A DNA stretch of 64,000 bases from Planctomycetota bacterium (GTDB taxonomy: Bacteria > Planctomycetota > UBA1135): contig JAJFFC010000007.1 of assembly GCA_021776795.1 (NCBI GenBank), forward strand, positions 4,824 to 68,823, in the 5' to 3' direction. The notes under the pieces are model-generated. The model was not told the origin of the DNA. It ran no database searches and saw nothing but the letters and a program-made list of their open reading frames with translations. Positions 55,637-64,000 of the stretch are shown in pieces. Position numbers and translations under genes: made by a program. The stretch's first letter is position 1. Each line of letters begins with the position of its first letter.

Positions 55637-57235
55637 ATGGAAATCATCGCCGATGCCCTCGCCGTGTTCGGGCGCATGCACCCTTTGTTGCTGCACCTGC
55701 CCATTGGCATGTTGTTGGGCTTGGGTTTGCTGGAGTGGTTCGCCGCGCGGCGCGGCCTATCGCCGATGGCTCGTGGTGTGGTGTTGGTGGTGGCCTGCGC
55801 CACCATCCTCAGCGCTGCCAGTGGTTGGATGCTGCATGAAGAAGATGGCTACGGCACCTCCTTTGCCCTGGAGTGGCATGAACGTTTGGGCATTGCCACG
55901 GCCTTTGGCGCGTTGTTCAGCGTGGTGTTGCGCTTCCGCGACAAGATCACGCCCTATCGCTGGATGTTGCTGCTCACCATCGCCCTCATGGTGCCGGCTG
56001 GGCATTTCGGCGCGGAGATGACGCATGGCAAAGGCTTTTTGTGGGAGCCACTTGAGGAAGAAGAACCCTCGGTCGCGCCAAGCATGCCCGAGCCCTCGGC
56101 CGGGGGCATGGCTGCCATGGCAAGTTTCGAGCAGCATGTGGCGCCTTTGCTCAAAGCACGCTGCACCAGGTGTCATGGCGCGCGCAAAGTGAAGGGAGAG
56201 TTGCGCTTGGATTCTCCGGAAGCGATCCTGGCAGGCGGTGAAACCGGTCCAGCACTGGGAGCGGACGGTGAATTCCTGCGCCGCCTAGAACTTCCGCTCG
56301 AGCATGACGATCACATGCCGCCGGAATCCAAAACGCAACTCACCGCACCAGAATTGTCTTTACTGCAAGTCTGGATTTTGGAAGATGCGCCCTTCACCGG
56401 AGAGTTCGCCTTTGGCGAAGGGGAGTCGGGTGAAGATCCAACACAGGCAGCGCAAGCAGAAGACGATCCCGCCGTCGAGCAGGAAGAGTATGACCCAACC
56501 TACGACCTAGCGATTGCTGGCCTCAACGGCTCACTTGCTCACTGGCAACCCATCGAGCCAGAGTCCAAACAACTATGGGTGAGCTTTGCGCCATTCGCAG
56601 AAAACGTCAACGATGAAATCGTCGAGCAATTGCTGCGAACGATTCCGGAGTATATCGGCGAACTTAACCTCGGCCGCACGCAAATCACCGACCGATCGAT
56701 GAACTTTATCGGCGCCATGAGCAATCTGCGCTCCCTGAATCTGTCGCAAGTCATGATTTCCGATGTCGGACTGTTCTCGCTCACGGGCCACCAACATTTG
56801 GAAGAGCTCGTCTTGAGCCAGACGAACATCAGCGAAGCCACGTCAGAATTCTTCCTGACCATGCCCAAGCTGTCGGAGCTCTACCTGTGGGGGACCAACT
56901 TCACACCAAGCGGAATCGCAAGCCTGCGCCAACAACTCCCTGAGGTCATGATTGACTTCGGCGATAGCTTCTACGACGAACCGCTAGAAGTCGAAGCCGA
57001 ACTTGTCTTCACTAGCGATGCTCCACTGGTGGATGCGCCACCAACGGAAGAAGGCACAACTCCGGAACCGATTAACACGGTGCGCTTAACTCCAAGCAAC
57101 ACCATCTGTCCAGTATCCGGCAAGCCCGTCGACCCTCTCTATACCGTGGTCTACGACGGCAAGGTCATCGGCTTCTGCTGCCCGAATTGCCCCAAGACTT
57201 TCTGGGAAGACCCGGCAAAGTTCCTGGAGAACTAA
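55637..57235 (+). CDS. membrane protein with PSCyt-type cytochrome c motif, leucine-rich repeats and a C-terminal YHS/TRASH-like metal-binding domain
   Basis: N-terminal TM helices, CTRCHGARKVKGELRLDS, LRR-like LNLSQVMISD/LVLSQTNISE, and C-terminal CPVSGKPVD...GFCCPNCPKTF. Confidence 0.65.
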   Translation: MEIIADALAVFGRMHPLLLHLPIGMLLGLGLLEWFAARRGLSPMARGVVLVVACATILSAASGWMLHEEDGYGTSFALEWHERLGIATAFGALFSVVLRFRDKITPYRWMLLLTIALMVPAGHFGAEMTHGKGFLWEPLEEEEPSVAPSMPEPSAGGMAAMASFEQHVAPLLKARCTRCHGARKVKGELRLDSPEAILAGGETGPALGADGEFLRRLELPLEHDDHMPPESKTQLTAPELSLLQVWILEDAPFTGEFAFGEGESGEDPTQAAQAEDDPAVEQEEYDPTYDLAIAGLNGSLAHWQPIEPESKQLWVSFAPFAENVNDEIVEQLLRTIPEYIGELNLGRTQITDRSMNFIGAMSNLRSLNLSQVMISDVGLFSLTGHQHLEELVLSQTNISEATSEFFLTMPKLSELYLWGTNFTPSGIASLRQQLPEVMIDFGDSFYDEPLEVEAELVFTSDAPLVDAPPTEEGTTPEPINTVRLTPSNTICPVSGKPVDPLYTVVYDGKVIGFCCPNCPKTFWEDPAKFLEN

Positions 57236-57317
57236 GCTCGGCCCGAGCTGAGGGCATATAGGCGGGAAATCACTGGTTTTGTGAAGTCCGGCCCGCTTTT
57301 GCGGCAACGATAGAGAT

Positions 57318-60071
57318 ATGGGCATTCTCCCTGCTCTCCTGCTCGCCGCACTCCCCATTCAGTTGGGGGGAGAGTTGACGACTCACGCTCAGCTGCAGGA
57401 ACCTGGCTTGGGCCCGGAGCTGGGCCAGTCCCTGGCGCCCTTCTCCGATCTCGATGGCGATGGCATCGATGAATATCTGGTTGGCGGTTCCGGTGTCGCC
57501 TACGTCATCTCCGGACGCACAGCCACAGCGCTCATCGAAATGACCGACGCGGAAGCCTCCTTTGGGCACGCCGTTTCGCGAGCGGGTGACACTAACGGCG
57601 ATGGCATCGAAGACATTTTGGTGGGAGCACCTCTCGCCTGGCCAGGAGGAATGCAGGAAGCAGGATCGGTTTCCCTGTTCTCCGGTGCCAACGGCGCTCT
57701 GCTTTACCAACTCGATGGCTTAAGCGCCGGGAATCAATTCGGTGCGGCGCTTTGTGGCATGGATGATCTCAACGGCGATGGCTATGCAGACTTTGCGGTC
57801 GGCGCTCCAAAGGCCCAAGGAGGGTGGCGCGGCGCAGCGGCCGTCTTCTCCGGCATCGATGGCAGCTTGATTCGAATGCATGTTGGATCTGCTGTTTCGG
57901 TTGAGCTGGGAACTGCCCTCGTTAACGCCGGCGACTTCAATCTCGACGGCATCTCGGATCTATTAGTCAGTGCACCTTATGCCAACCAAAGTGGCGTGAG
58001 TGATGGTGCTCTTTACCTGTACTCCGGAGCAACCGGCGCGCTGTTGCGCACGATGGTTGGCCCGTGCAGTTGCGGCGGGGCCGGAACCAATAAGTTCGGC
58101 ACGGCTTTGGCCATGCTCGATGACATCACTGGCGATGGACTCAATGAGATTATTGTCGGGATGCCATGGGCGGAATGGTCAGGCTGGTTTAACCAGGGAT
58201 TTGTGCAAGTGCTTTCTGGCGCCGATGGCAGCATCGTGCATGATCTACCGGGTTGGTTCGACGGCCAAGAGTTTGGCACCGCCGTATCTTCCGCCGGAGA
58301 TGTCGACCAAGATGGCTTTGCCGACTTTGCCATCCTGGAAGGGCCTAGCCGGATCGATGCCCACATTTATTCCGGCGCGACCGGCAATCTGATTCGCGAT
58401 TTGTCCTTGGGACCTTATGCGCTCCAAGCGGCGATCAGCACCAGTGACATCAACATCGATGGCATTCCCGAATTGATTCTCGCCGCGCCATCGCAAAGCA
58501 TCGTGGCGACGATTTCCGGCGCCAATGGTTCCGAGCTTGCACGCGTGGCCAACCATAGCTCTCTAGATTTTGGTTATGCGGTGGCACAGGTTGGCGACCT
58601 CGATGGGGATGGCCTCAGTGACATTGCGGTAGGTGACCCATCCGGTGGTTTGCAAAGTGATCAAGGCGGTATTTGGGTGTACGGCGGCACCAGTCTTCAA
58701 CGTTTGCTTTACCTCAGTGGCCCTGGTGCAAATGCACGCCTTGGCGTGTCGATTGCGGCGCTAGATGATGTAAATGGAGACGGCGTCGGGGACATCCTTG
58801 GTGGTGCGCCGAGTCAAGGCAACGGGGCTGGCGCGGTCTATGCATACTCCGGAGTGACGGGCGCAACCTTGTATTCGATTCAAGGAAATGCGGGTGATGG
58901 CTTAGGATCTTCGTTGGCAATCCTTGGCGATGTCAATGGAGATGCGATTGCAGATTTCCTGGTCGGAGCGCCAGGTGAAGATCGCGTCTATGCCCACTCA
59001 GGTTCCGATGGTAGTTTGCTGTGGCATGTAGACGGTCCCAACAGTGGTGCCCGATTCGGCAATGCACTTGCCACCGTAGAAGTTGATGGCGATGGCATCT
59101 TAGATTTAGTCATCGGCGCGCGCTGGACAGAGGTTGGCGCGAATTGGCACAACGGAAGGATTCACGTTCTCTCCGGTGCCACCCGCACCTTGCTGTTCCA
59201 GAAAGATGGCCCGCCAAACCAAGATAGTGAGTTGGGCTTTGACCTAGCCAACGCTGGCGATGTCAATGGCGATGGCATCGATGACATCGTGGCCGGCGCG
59301 CCTGGCGAATCGAGTGCCTTCCCAGCTAGGGGAGCGGCCTATGTTTGGTCTGGTAGTGATGGTTCACTGCTCCATAAGTTCTACGGAACCGATGTCGACA
59401 TGTTCCTCGGCAGCGACGTGTCCACCGCGGGCGATGTCGACCTAGATGGTCATGCCGATCTACTACTTGGCAGTGACGGCGAAGGCTTCCTGCTTTACTC
59501 CGGCGCAACCGGAGCACTCCTGCACCGCAACAACGAAGGAACGCTGCAATCTCGTTTGGGGCAATCCGTGACCGCACTGGGCGACATCACTGGCGACGGC
59601 ACGCTCGACTTCGCCGTCGGCGCTCCTCATCAAGGTGGGCTCGGAATCTTCGGTTCTGCATTCCTCTACAGCTTTACGCCGGGAATGAGTACTAACGCGT
59701 ACCAGATCTCCGCAGCACTCGGCCAAGCAGTGACTCTACAGCTCGACTTCCCCGATGGCGCAGCGTTGCACAACTACAAAGTGCTGCTGTCCACCACCGG
59801 CGTTGGCCCCACGACATACGGCATCGACATTCCCTTAACCGTAGATCCCTATGCCCAGCAATCCTTCCAAGGGAGCTATCCATTCCCGTTGCACAACAAC
59901 CTGCAAGGAATACTCAGCATCAACGGCGAAGCCACCGCCACCATCGACTTCCCCGCAGGCTTGCCGCCAGCATTAGTCGGCCTCCGCTTCTGGCTCGCCG
60001 CCATCACCTTCGCGCCAGGACAACTCCCAGAGCACAGCTCGGTCGCGCTGCCGCTCCGGATGGTCCCCTAA
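57318..60071 (+). CDS. secreted FG-GAP/integrin-alpha-like repeat protein
   Basis: More than 12 repeats of the type FG.A....GD.NGDG..D...GAP. Shared C-terminal module at 59706-60068. Confidence 0.8.
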   Translation: MGILPALLLAALPIQLGGELTTHAQLQEPGLGPELGQSLAPFSDLDGDGIDEYLVGGSGVAYVISGRTATALIEMTDAEASFGHAVSRAGDTNGDGIEDILVGAPLAWPGGMQEAGSVSLFSGANGALLYQLDGLSAGNQFGAALCGMDDLNGDGYADFAVGAPKAQGGWRGAAAVFSGIDGSLIRMHVGSAVSVELGTALVNAGDFNLDGISDLLVSAPYANQSGVSDGALYLYSGATGALLRTMVGPCSCGGAGTNKFGTALAMLDDITGDGLNEIIVGMPWAEWSGWFNQGFVQVLSGADGSIVHDLPGWFDGQEFGTAVSSAGDVDQDGFADFAILEGPSRIDAHIYSGATGNLIRDLSLGPYALQAAISTSDINIDGIPELILAAPSQSIVATISGANGSELARVANHSSLDFGYAVAQVGDLDGDGLSDIAVGDPSGGLQSDQGGIWVYGGTSLQRLLYLSGPGANARLGVSIAALDDVNGDGVGDILGGAPSQGNGAGAVYAYSGVTGATLYSIQGNAGDGLGSSLAILGDVNGDAIADFLVGAPGEDRVYAHSGSDGSLLWHVDGPNSGARFGNALATVEVDGDGILDLVIGARWTEVGANWHNGRIHVLSGATRTLLFQKDGPPNQDSELGFDLANAGDVNGDGIDDIVAGAPGESSAFPARGAAYVWSGSDGSLLHKFYGTDVDMFLGSDVSTAGDVDLDGHADLLLGSDGEGFLLYSGATGALLHRNNEGTLQSRLGQSVTALGDITGDGTLDFAVGAPHQGGLGIFGSAFLYSFTPGMSTNAYQISAALGQAVTLQLDFPDGAALHNYKVLLSTTGVGPTTYGIDIPLTVDPYAQQSFQGSYPFPLHNNLQGILSINGEATATIDFPAGLPPALVGLRFWLAAITFAPGQLPEHSSVALPLRMVP

Positions 60072-61099
60072 GACTTCCTGATTGCTTTCGCGACCAGTTG
60101 ATTCACCTCTTCCGGGAAGTGTGAAGCAATCCGCAGTCGCCATCGGCGTTTTTCTGCGGAACTTGCAAAAGCCCGGGCTGGGATGAACGCCCTAATGGTG
60201 GCGCGGAATTCGAGGTACACGCCACCATCACGCTCTTCGAAGGCTTGGAGGTTGCTCCAAAAGAAACACGAGCTCTGTTTCGCATCGGTTAAGTGCAGGC
60301 CATCCTCGGCGAGTGTCCATATCTCGGTCTCCGAATAGGTTTCCGGATCCTCAGCCCCAATCGCATCGCGATAGCCCCTTCGCTTGCGTTTCACAAGAGT
60401 GATCCAACGATAAAGAATCCACACTCCCGCGCAGGAGCCCACGATAGGTAGTTGATAGGGCAAGTCATTGGGCAAAAACACAATCAATAGAGTGGCCAAG
60501 ATTAGAGTTCCACCTGCACTCACAATCCTCTCCAAAAAAAGATCTCCCTTGCCGTGCATCGCTGCCATTTGGTCATCCACTACCTGTTCCAGGTTAGACG
60601 TGTGCTCAATGACCCAATCTTCTTGATCATCCAACTCCGCAGGCGGGCTCGGCGGAATCGCGCTGTGCTTGTGCTCCATTACCAGGGGGAGTTCGTCGGC
60701 ATTCACCGGTGCCTCCATACCAAACATCAGATTAATGGCAAGGCCAATTAGCATTCCGGGAAGAAGAACCTCCCACAGAGAAATACCAAGCTCCAGAGAT
60801 TCTGGCAGCATTAGGGCAACTAAGACAATGAAGACAATGCCTAGGCCCTGGGTTGCGGCTTGCTTGCGATTTTCCAGAAAGGAGAGTCCGGGTAGAAGTA
60901 CTCCGAAGAAACCGGTCACAGCTGAGCCAAGAGCCCATCTCCAGTTTTGGATAAAGGAATGCCACCAAACAGAGAAACTTCCTGCAGGTGCTCCATTTGG
61001 CTTGGTTCCAGGTGCAACTAAGCCCTCCGTCTTAATCCACACCAAGACTCCAAGCAAACTGCCGGCAATGCTGCAGACTATCGCGATTATCCAGCGCAT
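60068..61099 (-). CDS. membrane protein with a YcxB-like C-terminal domain
   Basis: Start chosen at ATG 61099 (MRWIIAIV...) to avoid overlap with the upstream transporter gene. Several TM segments. The C-terminal LHLTDAKQSSCFFWSNLQAFEERDGGVYLEF is YcxB-like. Weak call. Confidence 0.45.
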   Translation of the reverse strand: MRWIIAIVCSIAGSLLGVLVWIKTEGLVAPGTKPNGAPAGSFSVWWHSFIQNWRWALGSAVTGFFGVLLPGLSFLENRKQAATQGLGIVFIVLVALMLPESLELGISLWEVLLPGMLIGLAINLMFGMEAPVNADELPLVMEHKHSAIPPSPPAELDDQEDWVIEHTSNLEQVVDDQMAAMHGKGDLFLERIVSAGGTLILATLLIVFLPNDLPYQLPIVGSCAGVWILYRWITLVKRKRRGYRDAIGAEDPETYSETEIWTLAEDGLHLTDAKQSSCFFWSNLQAFEERDGGVYLEFRATIRAFIPARAFASSAEKRRWRLRIASHFPEEVNQLVAKAIRKS

Positions 61100-61148
61100 G
61101 GTTAGTCGATTGCGCTTCTTGCGCCCAGCCAAGACTCGTTCCGAAGGT

Positions 61149-62849
61149 TTAGGCCTCGATCTCATGCGCAGGGCCTGATCCGCGTGGCACGCGGATGTCT
61201 TCCACCAGTTGCTGAATCGCGGGCGAAGGCGGGGGAGTGAGTTGGTGCACCACGCCCGCAACCGCAAAGTTGATCATCATGCCCAGCGTGCCGATTCCTT
61301 CCGGGGAAATGCCGAACCACCAGTTCTCCGGCGTGCTTTGCTCCGGGTGCAGGAACTTAAACCACAGGATGTACCCTGCGGTAAAGCCAATGCCGCACAC
61401 CATGCCGGAAATCGCGCCGGCGCGGTTCATGCGCTTGCTGAAAATACCCATCAGCAATACCGGGAAGAAGGAGGAAGCGGCCAGTCCAAAGGCAAAGGCC
61501 ACGACCTCGGCGACGAAACCGGGTGGGTGAATGCCGAAGTAACCGGCAATGCACACCGCAACACCGGCACTGATGCGTGCGGCGAGTAGTTCTCCGCGTT
61601 CGGAAATCTTGGGGCGGAAGGTGCGCTTGAGCAAGTCATGACTGACCGCGGTAGACACTACCAGCAACAAGCCCGCCGCCGTCGAAAGTGCCGCCGCCAA
61701 TCCTCCAGCAGCCACCAAGCCCACTACCCAATCGGGCAACCCAGCGATTTCCGGATTCGCCAACACCATGATGTCCTTATGCACGGTAAGTTCATTTCTC
61801 ACCGCAGCATTGGGCCCGACATATTGAATCAGGCCGTCGCCATTGTGGTCTTCATGCGCGACCAAGCCCGTCGCTTCCCACTTCTGGAACCACTCCGGCA
61901 TGTCGGCGTAGGGTTTGTCGCTGACCGTCTGCAACAAGTTGGTGCGCGCAAAAGCAGCTAGCGCTGGCGCCGTGGTGTACAGCAAGGCAATGAACACCAA
62001 AGCCCAACCGACACTCTTGCGTGCATCGCGCACCTTGGGCACGGTGTAGAAACGCACAATCACATGCGGCAAACCGGCGGTGCCGACCATTAGTGCGGCG
62101 GTAATGAATAGCACATCGACCATCGCGCGCGAACCCTGCGTATAGGAAGAAAATCCAAGATCTGCATGCAGGCCATTCAGCTTCTCCAACAACGGAGTGC
62201 CGTCGGCCAAAGCGCCACCCAAGCCGAGCTGCGGAATCGGCGTGCCGACCATTTGGATCGACAGGAAAATCGCGGGCACCATATAGGCAAAAATCAGCAC
62301 GCAATACTGCGCGACCTGCGTGTAGGTAATGCCCTTCATGCCGCCAAGCACCGCGTAGAAGAACACAATCCCCATGCCGATCATCACGCCAGTGGTGTTG
62401 CTCACTTCCAAGAAGCGCGACAACACAATCCCGACGCCCTGCATCTGCCCGCTCACATAAGTGAACGAAACAAAGATCGCACAAATCACCGCCACCAAAC
62501 GTGCGGTCCGCGATTCATAACGGTCGCCGACAAAGTCTGGAATCGTAAATTTGCCAAATTTCCGAAGATAGGGGGCCAACAGCAGCGCCAGCAGCACATA
62601 ACCGCCAGTCCAGCCCATGAGGTAAACCGAGCCGTCATAACCCAAAAAGGAAATCGCGCCGGCCATCGAAATGAACGACGCCGCGCTCATCCAGTCCGCT
62701 GCCGTCGCCAAGCCGTTGGCTAAAGGCGAAACGCCACCACCGGCGACATAAAACTCTTTCGTGCTACCCGCGCGGCTCCAAATCGCCACGCCGATGTACA
62801 GGGCAAAGCTCAATCCAATCAGCACGAAGGTCCAGGATTCGACACCCAT
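61149..62849 (-). CDS. sodium:solute symporter (SSS) family transporter, cation/acetate symporter-like
   Basis: 566-aa polytopic protein with SSS-family conservation. Preceded by a DUF4212 small-subunit gene, as is typical for this subfamily. Confidence 0.85.
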   Translation of the reverse strand: MGVESWTFVLIGLSFALYIGVAIWSRAGSTKEFYVAGGGVSPLANGLATAADWMSAASFISMAGAISFLGYDGSVYLMGWTGGYVLLALLLAPYLRKFGKFTIPDFVGDRYESRTARLVAVICAIFVSFTYVSGQMQGVGIVLSRFLEVSNTTGVMIGMGIVFFYAVLGGMKGITYTQVAQYCVLIFAYMVPAIFLSIQMVGTPIPQLGLGGALADGTPLLEKLNGLHADLGFSSYTQGSRAMVDVLFITAALMVGTAGLPHVIVRFYTVPKVRDARKSVGWALVFIALLYTTAPALAAFARTNLLQTVSDKPYADMPEWFQKWEATGLVAHEDHNGDGLIQYVGPNAAVRNELTVHKDIMVLANPEIAGLPDWVVGLVAAGGLAAALSTAAGLLLVVSTAVSHDLLKRTFRPKISERGELLAARISAGVAVCIAGYFGIHPPGFVAEVVAFAFGLAASSFFPVLLMGIFSKRMNRAGAISGMVCGIGFTAGYILWFKFLHPEQSTPENWWFGISPEGIGTLGMMINFAVAGVVHQLTPPPSPAIQQLVEDIRVPRGSGPAHEIEA

Positions 62850-62851
62850 CC

Positions 62852-63139
62852 TTACTCTTCCTCCGTGTCGAACTCACGGTCGAGTTGGTTCATCTTGTGC
62901 GCATAGAAAAACACAATGCCGATGAACACCAGAATGGAACCCTGCTGCGCAAACCAAAAGCCAACCGGGAAGCCGCTGCCGGGCAGCGTCCATTGGTCAA
63001 GCCAGTGATGCAACAAAATGCCGCAGCCAAAAGAAACCGCCGCCCATACCAGCAACAAACCCACCACCAAACGCAAGTTGCGCCGCCAATACTCCGCGCG
63101 CCGCTCCTCCGTCAATCCACCCGCAGGCGGACGATCCAT
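62852..63139 (-). CDS. DUF4212 small membrane subunit of the SSS transporter
   Basis: Start at ATG 63139. Contains YWRRNLRL and two TM segments, and ends 2 nt before the transporter start. Confidence 0.7.
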   Translation of the reverse strand: MDRPPAGGLTEERRAEYWRRNLRLVVGLLLVWAAVSFGCGILLHHWLDQWTLPGSGFPVGFWFAQQGSILVFIGIVFFYAHKMNQLDREFDTEEE

Positions 63140-63174
63140 CGAGTGCTTGGGGAGTTGGTCAACCACGGCCCAGC

Positions 63175-63897
63175 CTAGCAGCAGTCCGTAAACACCGTGA
63201 CCTTGGGGTGAGTCTGCAAGGCGGTCACCGGCCACTCTTCGCTGGCCTTGCCTTCGCGCAGCTGCCGCACCGCCTCGGCCTTCGCTTCGCCAAAGGCCAG
63301 CAGCACGATTTCGCGCGCGTCAAGAATCGTGCCGATGCCCACCGTCAGCGCTTCGCTCGGCCCATGCTCGGTGCCACCGGGAAAGCCCGGCCGCGCACGA
63401 GTGGTTTGCGCCAAAGCCACGCGGCGGGTGCGGCTATCCCACGGCGTGCCCGGTTCATTGAAGGCCAGGTGCCCATTCACGCCGACGCCCACCACCGCCA
63501 GCTCAATGCCACCGGCGGCGCGCATGGAGTCTTCATAGGCGGCGCAATGATCGGCGAGTTCTGCTTCAGGGCAAGTGCCGTCGAGAAAGGCAATCTGCTC
63601 GTCGGCAATGCCACAGGGCGCAAACAACTCGCGATCCATGAAGGAGCGAAAGGAAATCGGGTCACTCGCAGCGCAAGGCCAGTACTCATCGAGGTTAAAG
63701 CTCGGCCAAGCCTCGGTCGCCAAGCTGCCCTGCGCGGCAAGTTGCCGCAACGCGCCATATAAGGGTAGGGGGGTCGAACCGGTCGGCAGCAGCAGCGCGC
63801 CAGAGGCCGAACCGCGCCGACGTGCCGCAGCCCACACGCAAACGCGCTGGGCAAGCTCTTCCGCCGCCGCTTCTTCTGAGGTCATCATCCATTTCAT
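63175..63897 (-). CDS. nagB: glucosamine-6-phosphate deaminase / 6-phosphogluconolactonase family protein
   Basis: Start at ATG 63897. Family motifs LLPTGSTPLPLY, FNLDEYW, GVGVNGHLAFNEPG. Confidence 0.75.
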   Translation of the reverse strand: MKWMMTSEEAAAEELAQRVCVWAAARRRGSASGALLLPTGSTPLPLYGALRQLAAQGSLATEAWPSFNLDEYWPCAASDPISFRSFMDRELFAPCGIADEQIAFLDGTCPEAELADHCAAYEDSMRAAGGIELAVVGVGVNGHLAFNEPGTPWDSRTRRVALAQTTRARPGFPGGTEHGPSEALTVGIGTILDAREIVLLAFGEAKAEAVRQLREGKASEEWPVTALQTHPKVTVFTDCC

Positions 63898-64000
63898 CTT
63901 GCACTCCTGTCGCACCAGCGGCCGTGGATTGTAGGTGGGCGGAGAAACGAGCAGGAAAAAGCCCAGGAGACTTGCCCTAAGTCCCACCAAGGCTCTACAC

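Noticed and set aside
57236-57256. GCTCGG-C-CCGAGC inverted repeat just after the 55637-57235 stop, as a possible terminator
   Set aside because: The stem is only 5-6 bp, the loop is about 1-3 nt, and there is no T-tract. This is too weak to report as a terminator.
1-64000. Search by eye for CRISPR arrays, rRNA, tRNA and IS elements
   Set aside because: I saw no regularly spaced short direct repeats, no rRNA-like or cloverleaf-like conserved stretches in intergenic regions, and no transposase or integrase-like ORFs. A tRNAscan/Infernal run would be needed to exclude small RNAs.

Overview
High-GC bacterial chromosome segment. The PSCyt/DUF1549/DUF1553 + DUF1501 gene pair and the many short-signal-peptide secreted proteins suggest a Planctomycetota/Verrucomicrobiota-like organism (inference only). 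By eye it splits into four parts. (1) 1-25.6 kb is housekeeping and accessory metabolism: hutH, a CDF transporter, a TlpA-like redoxin, and a B12-type MerR (CarH/LitR-like) regulator divergent from an eight-gene, translationally coupled lipid-modification operon. That operon holds DUF1295, two CFA-synthase-like methylases, a desaturase, an FAD amine-oxidase-like protein, DUF1365, DUF2878 and a YbgA-like protein. This part also carries secreted glycan/sulfate enzymes, hutU and an M1 metallopeptidase. (2) ~25.7-46.3 kb is a mosaic accessory/defence island in which I see no integrase or transposase. It contains a pRiA4b-ORF3-like gene, a DUF6088/AbiEi-like pseudogene with two in-frame stops, and a truncated paralog of the M1 peptidase. 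A visibly AT-richer block (~29.0-36.3 kb) carries an uncharacterised three-gene GHKL-ATPase cassette, a DUF262/DUF1524 (GmrSD-like) nuclease and a convergent C5-cytosine methyltransferase. After that come a coupled HIT-HNH pair, an AAA/DUF4143 ATPase, a class-II Fic protein, an AbiE-like pair and a PLD-SF2 helicase-DUF3427 protein. (3) ~46.4-50.3 kb has intermediate composition and encodes a secreted protein plus a membrane-tethered ECF sigma fusion. (4) 50.4-64 kb is core-like: PSCyt/DUF1553, DUF1501, a PSCyt-LRR-YHS protein, an FG-GAP protein, an SSS transporter with its DUF4212 subunit, and nagB-like. I found no rRNA, tRNA or CRISPR array by eye. The best candidate for an undescribed system is the GHKL three-gene cassette at 29091-32549. 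All family assignments come from motif recognition by eye; no searches were run and no GC values were computed.
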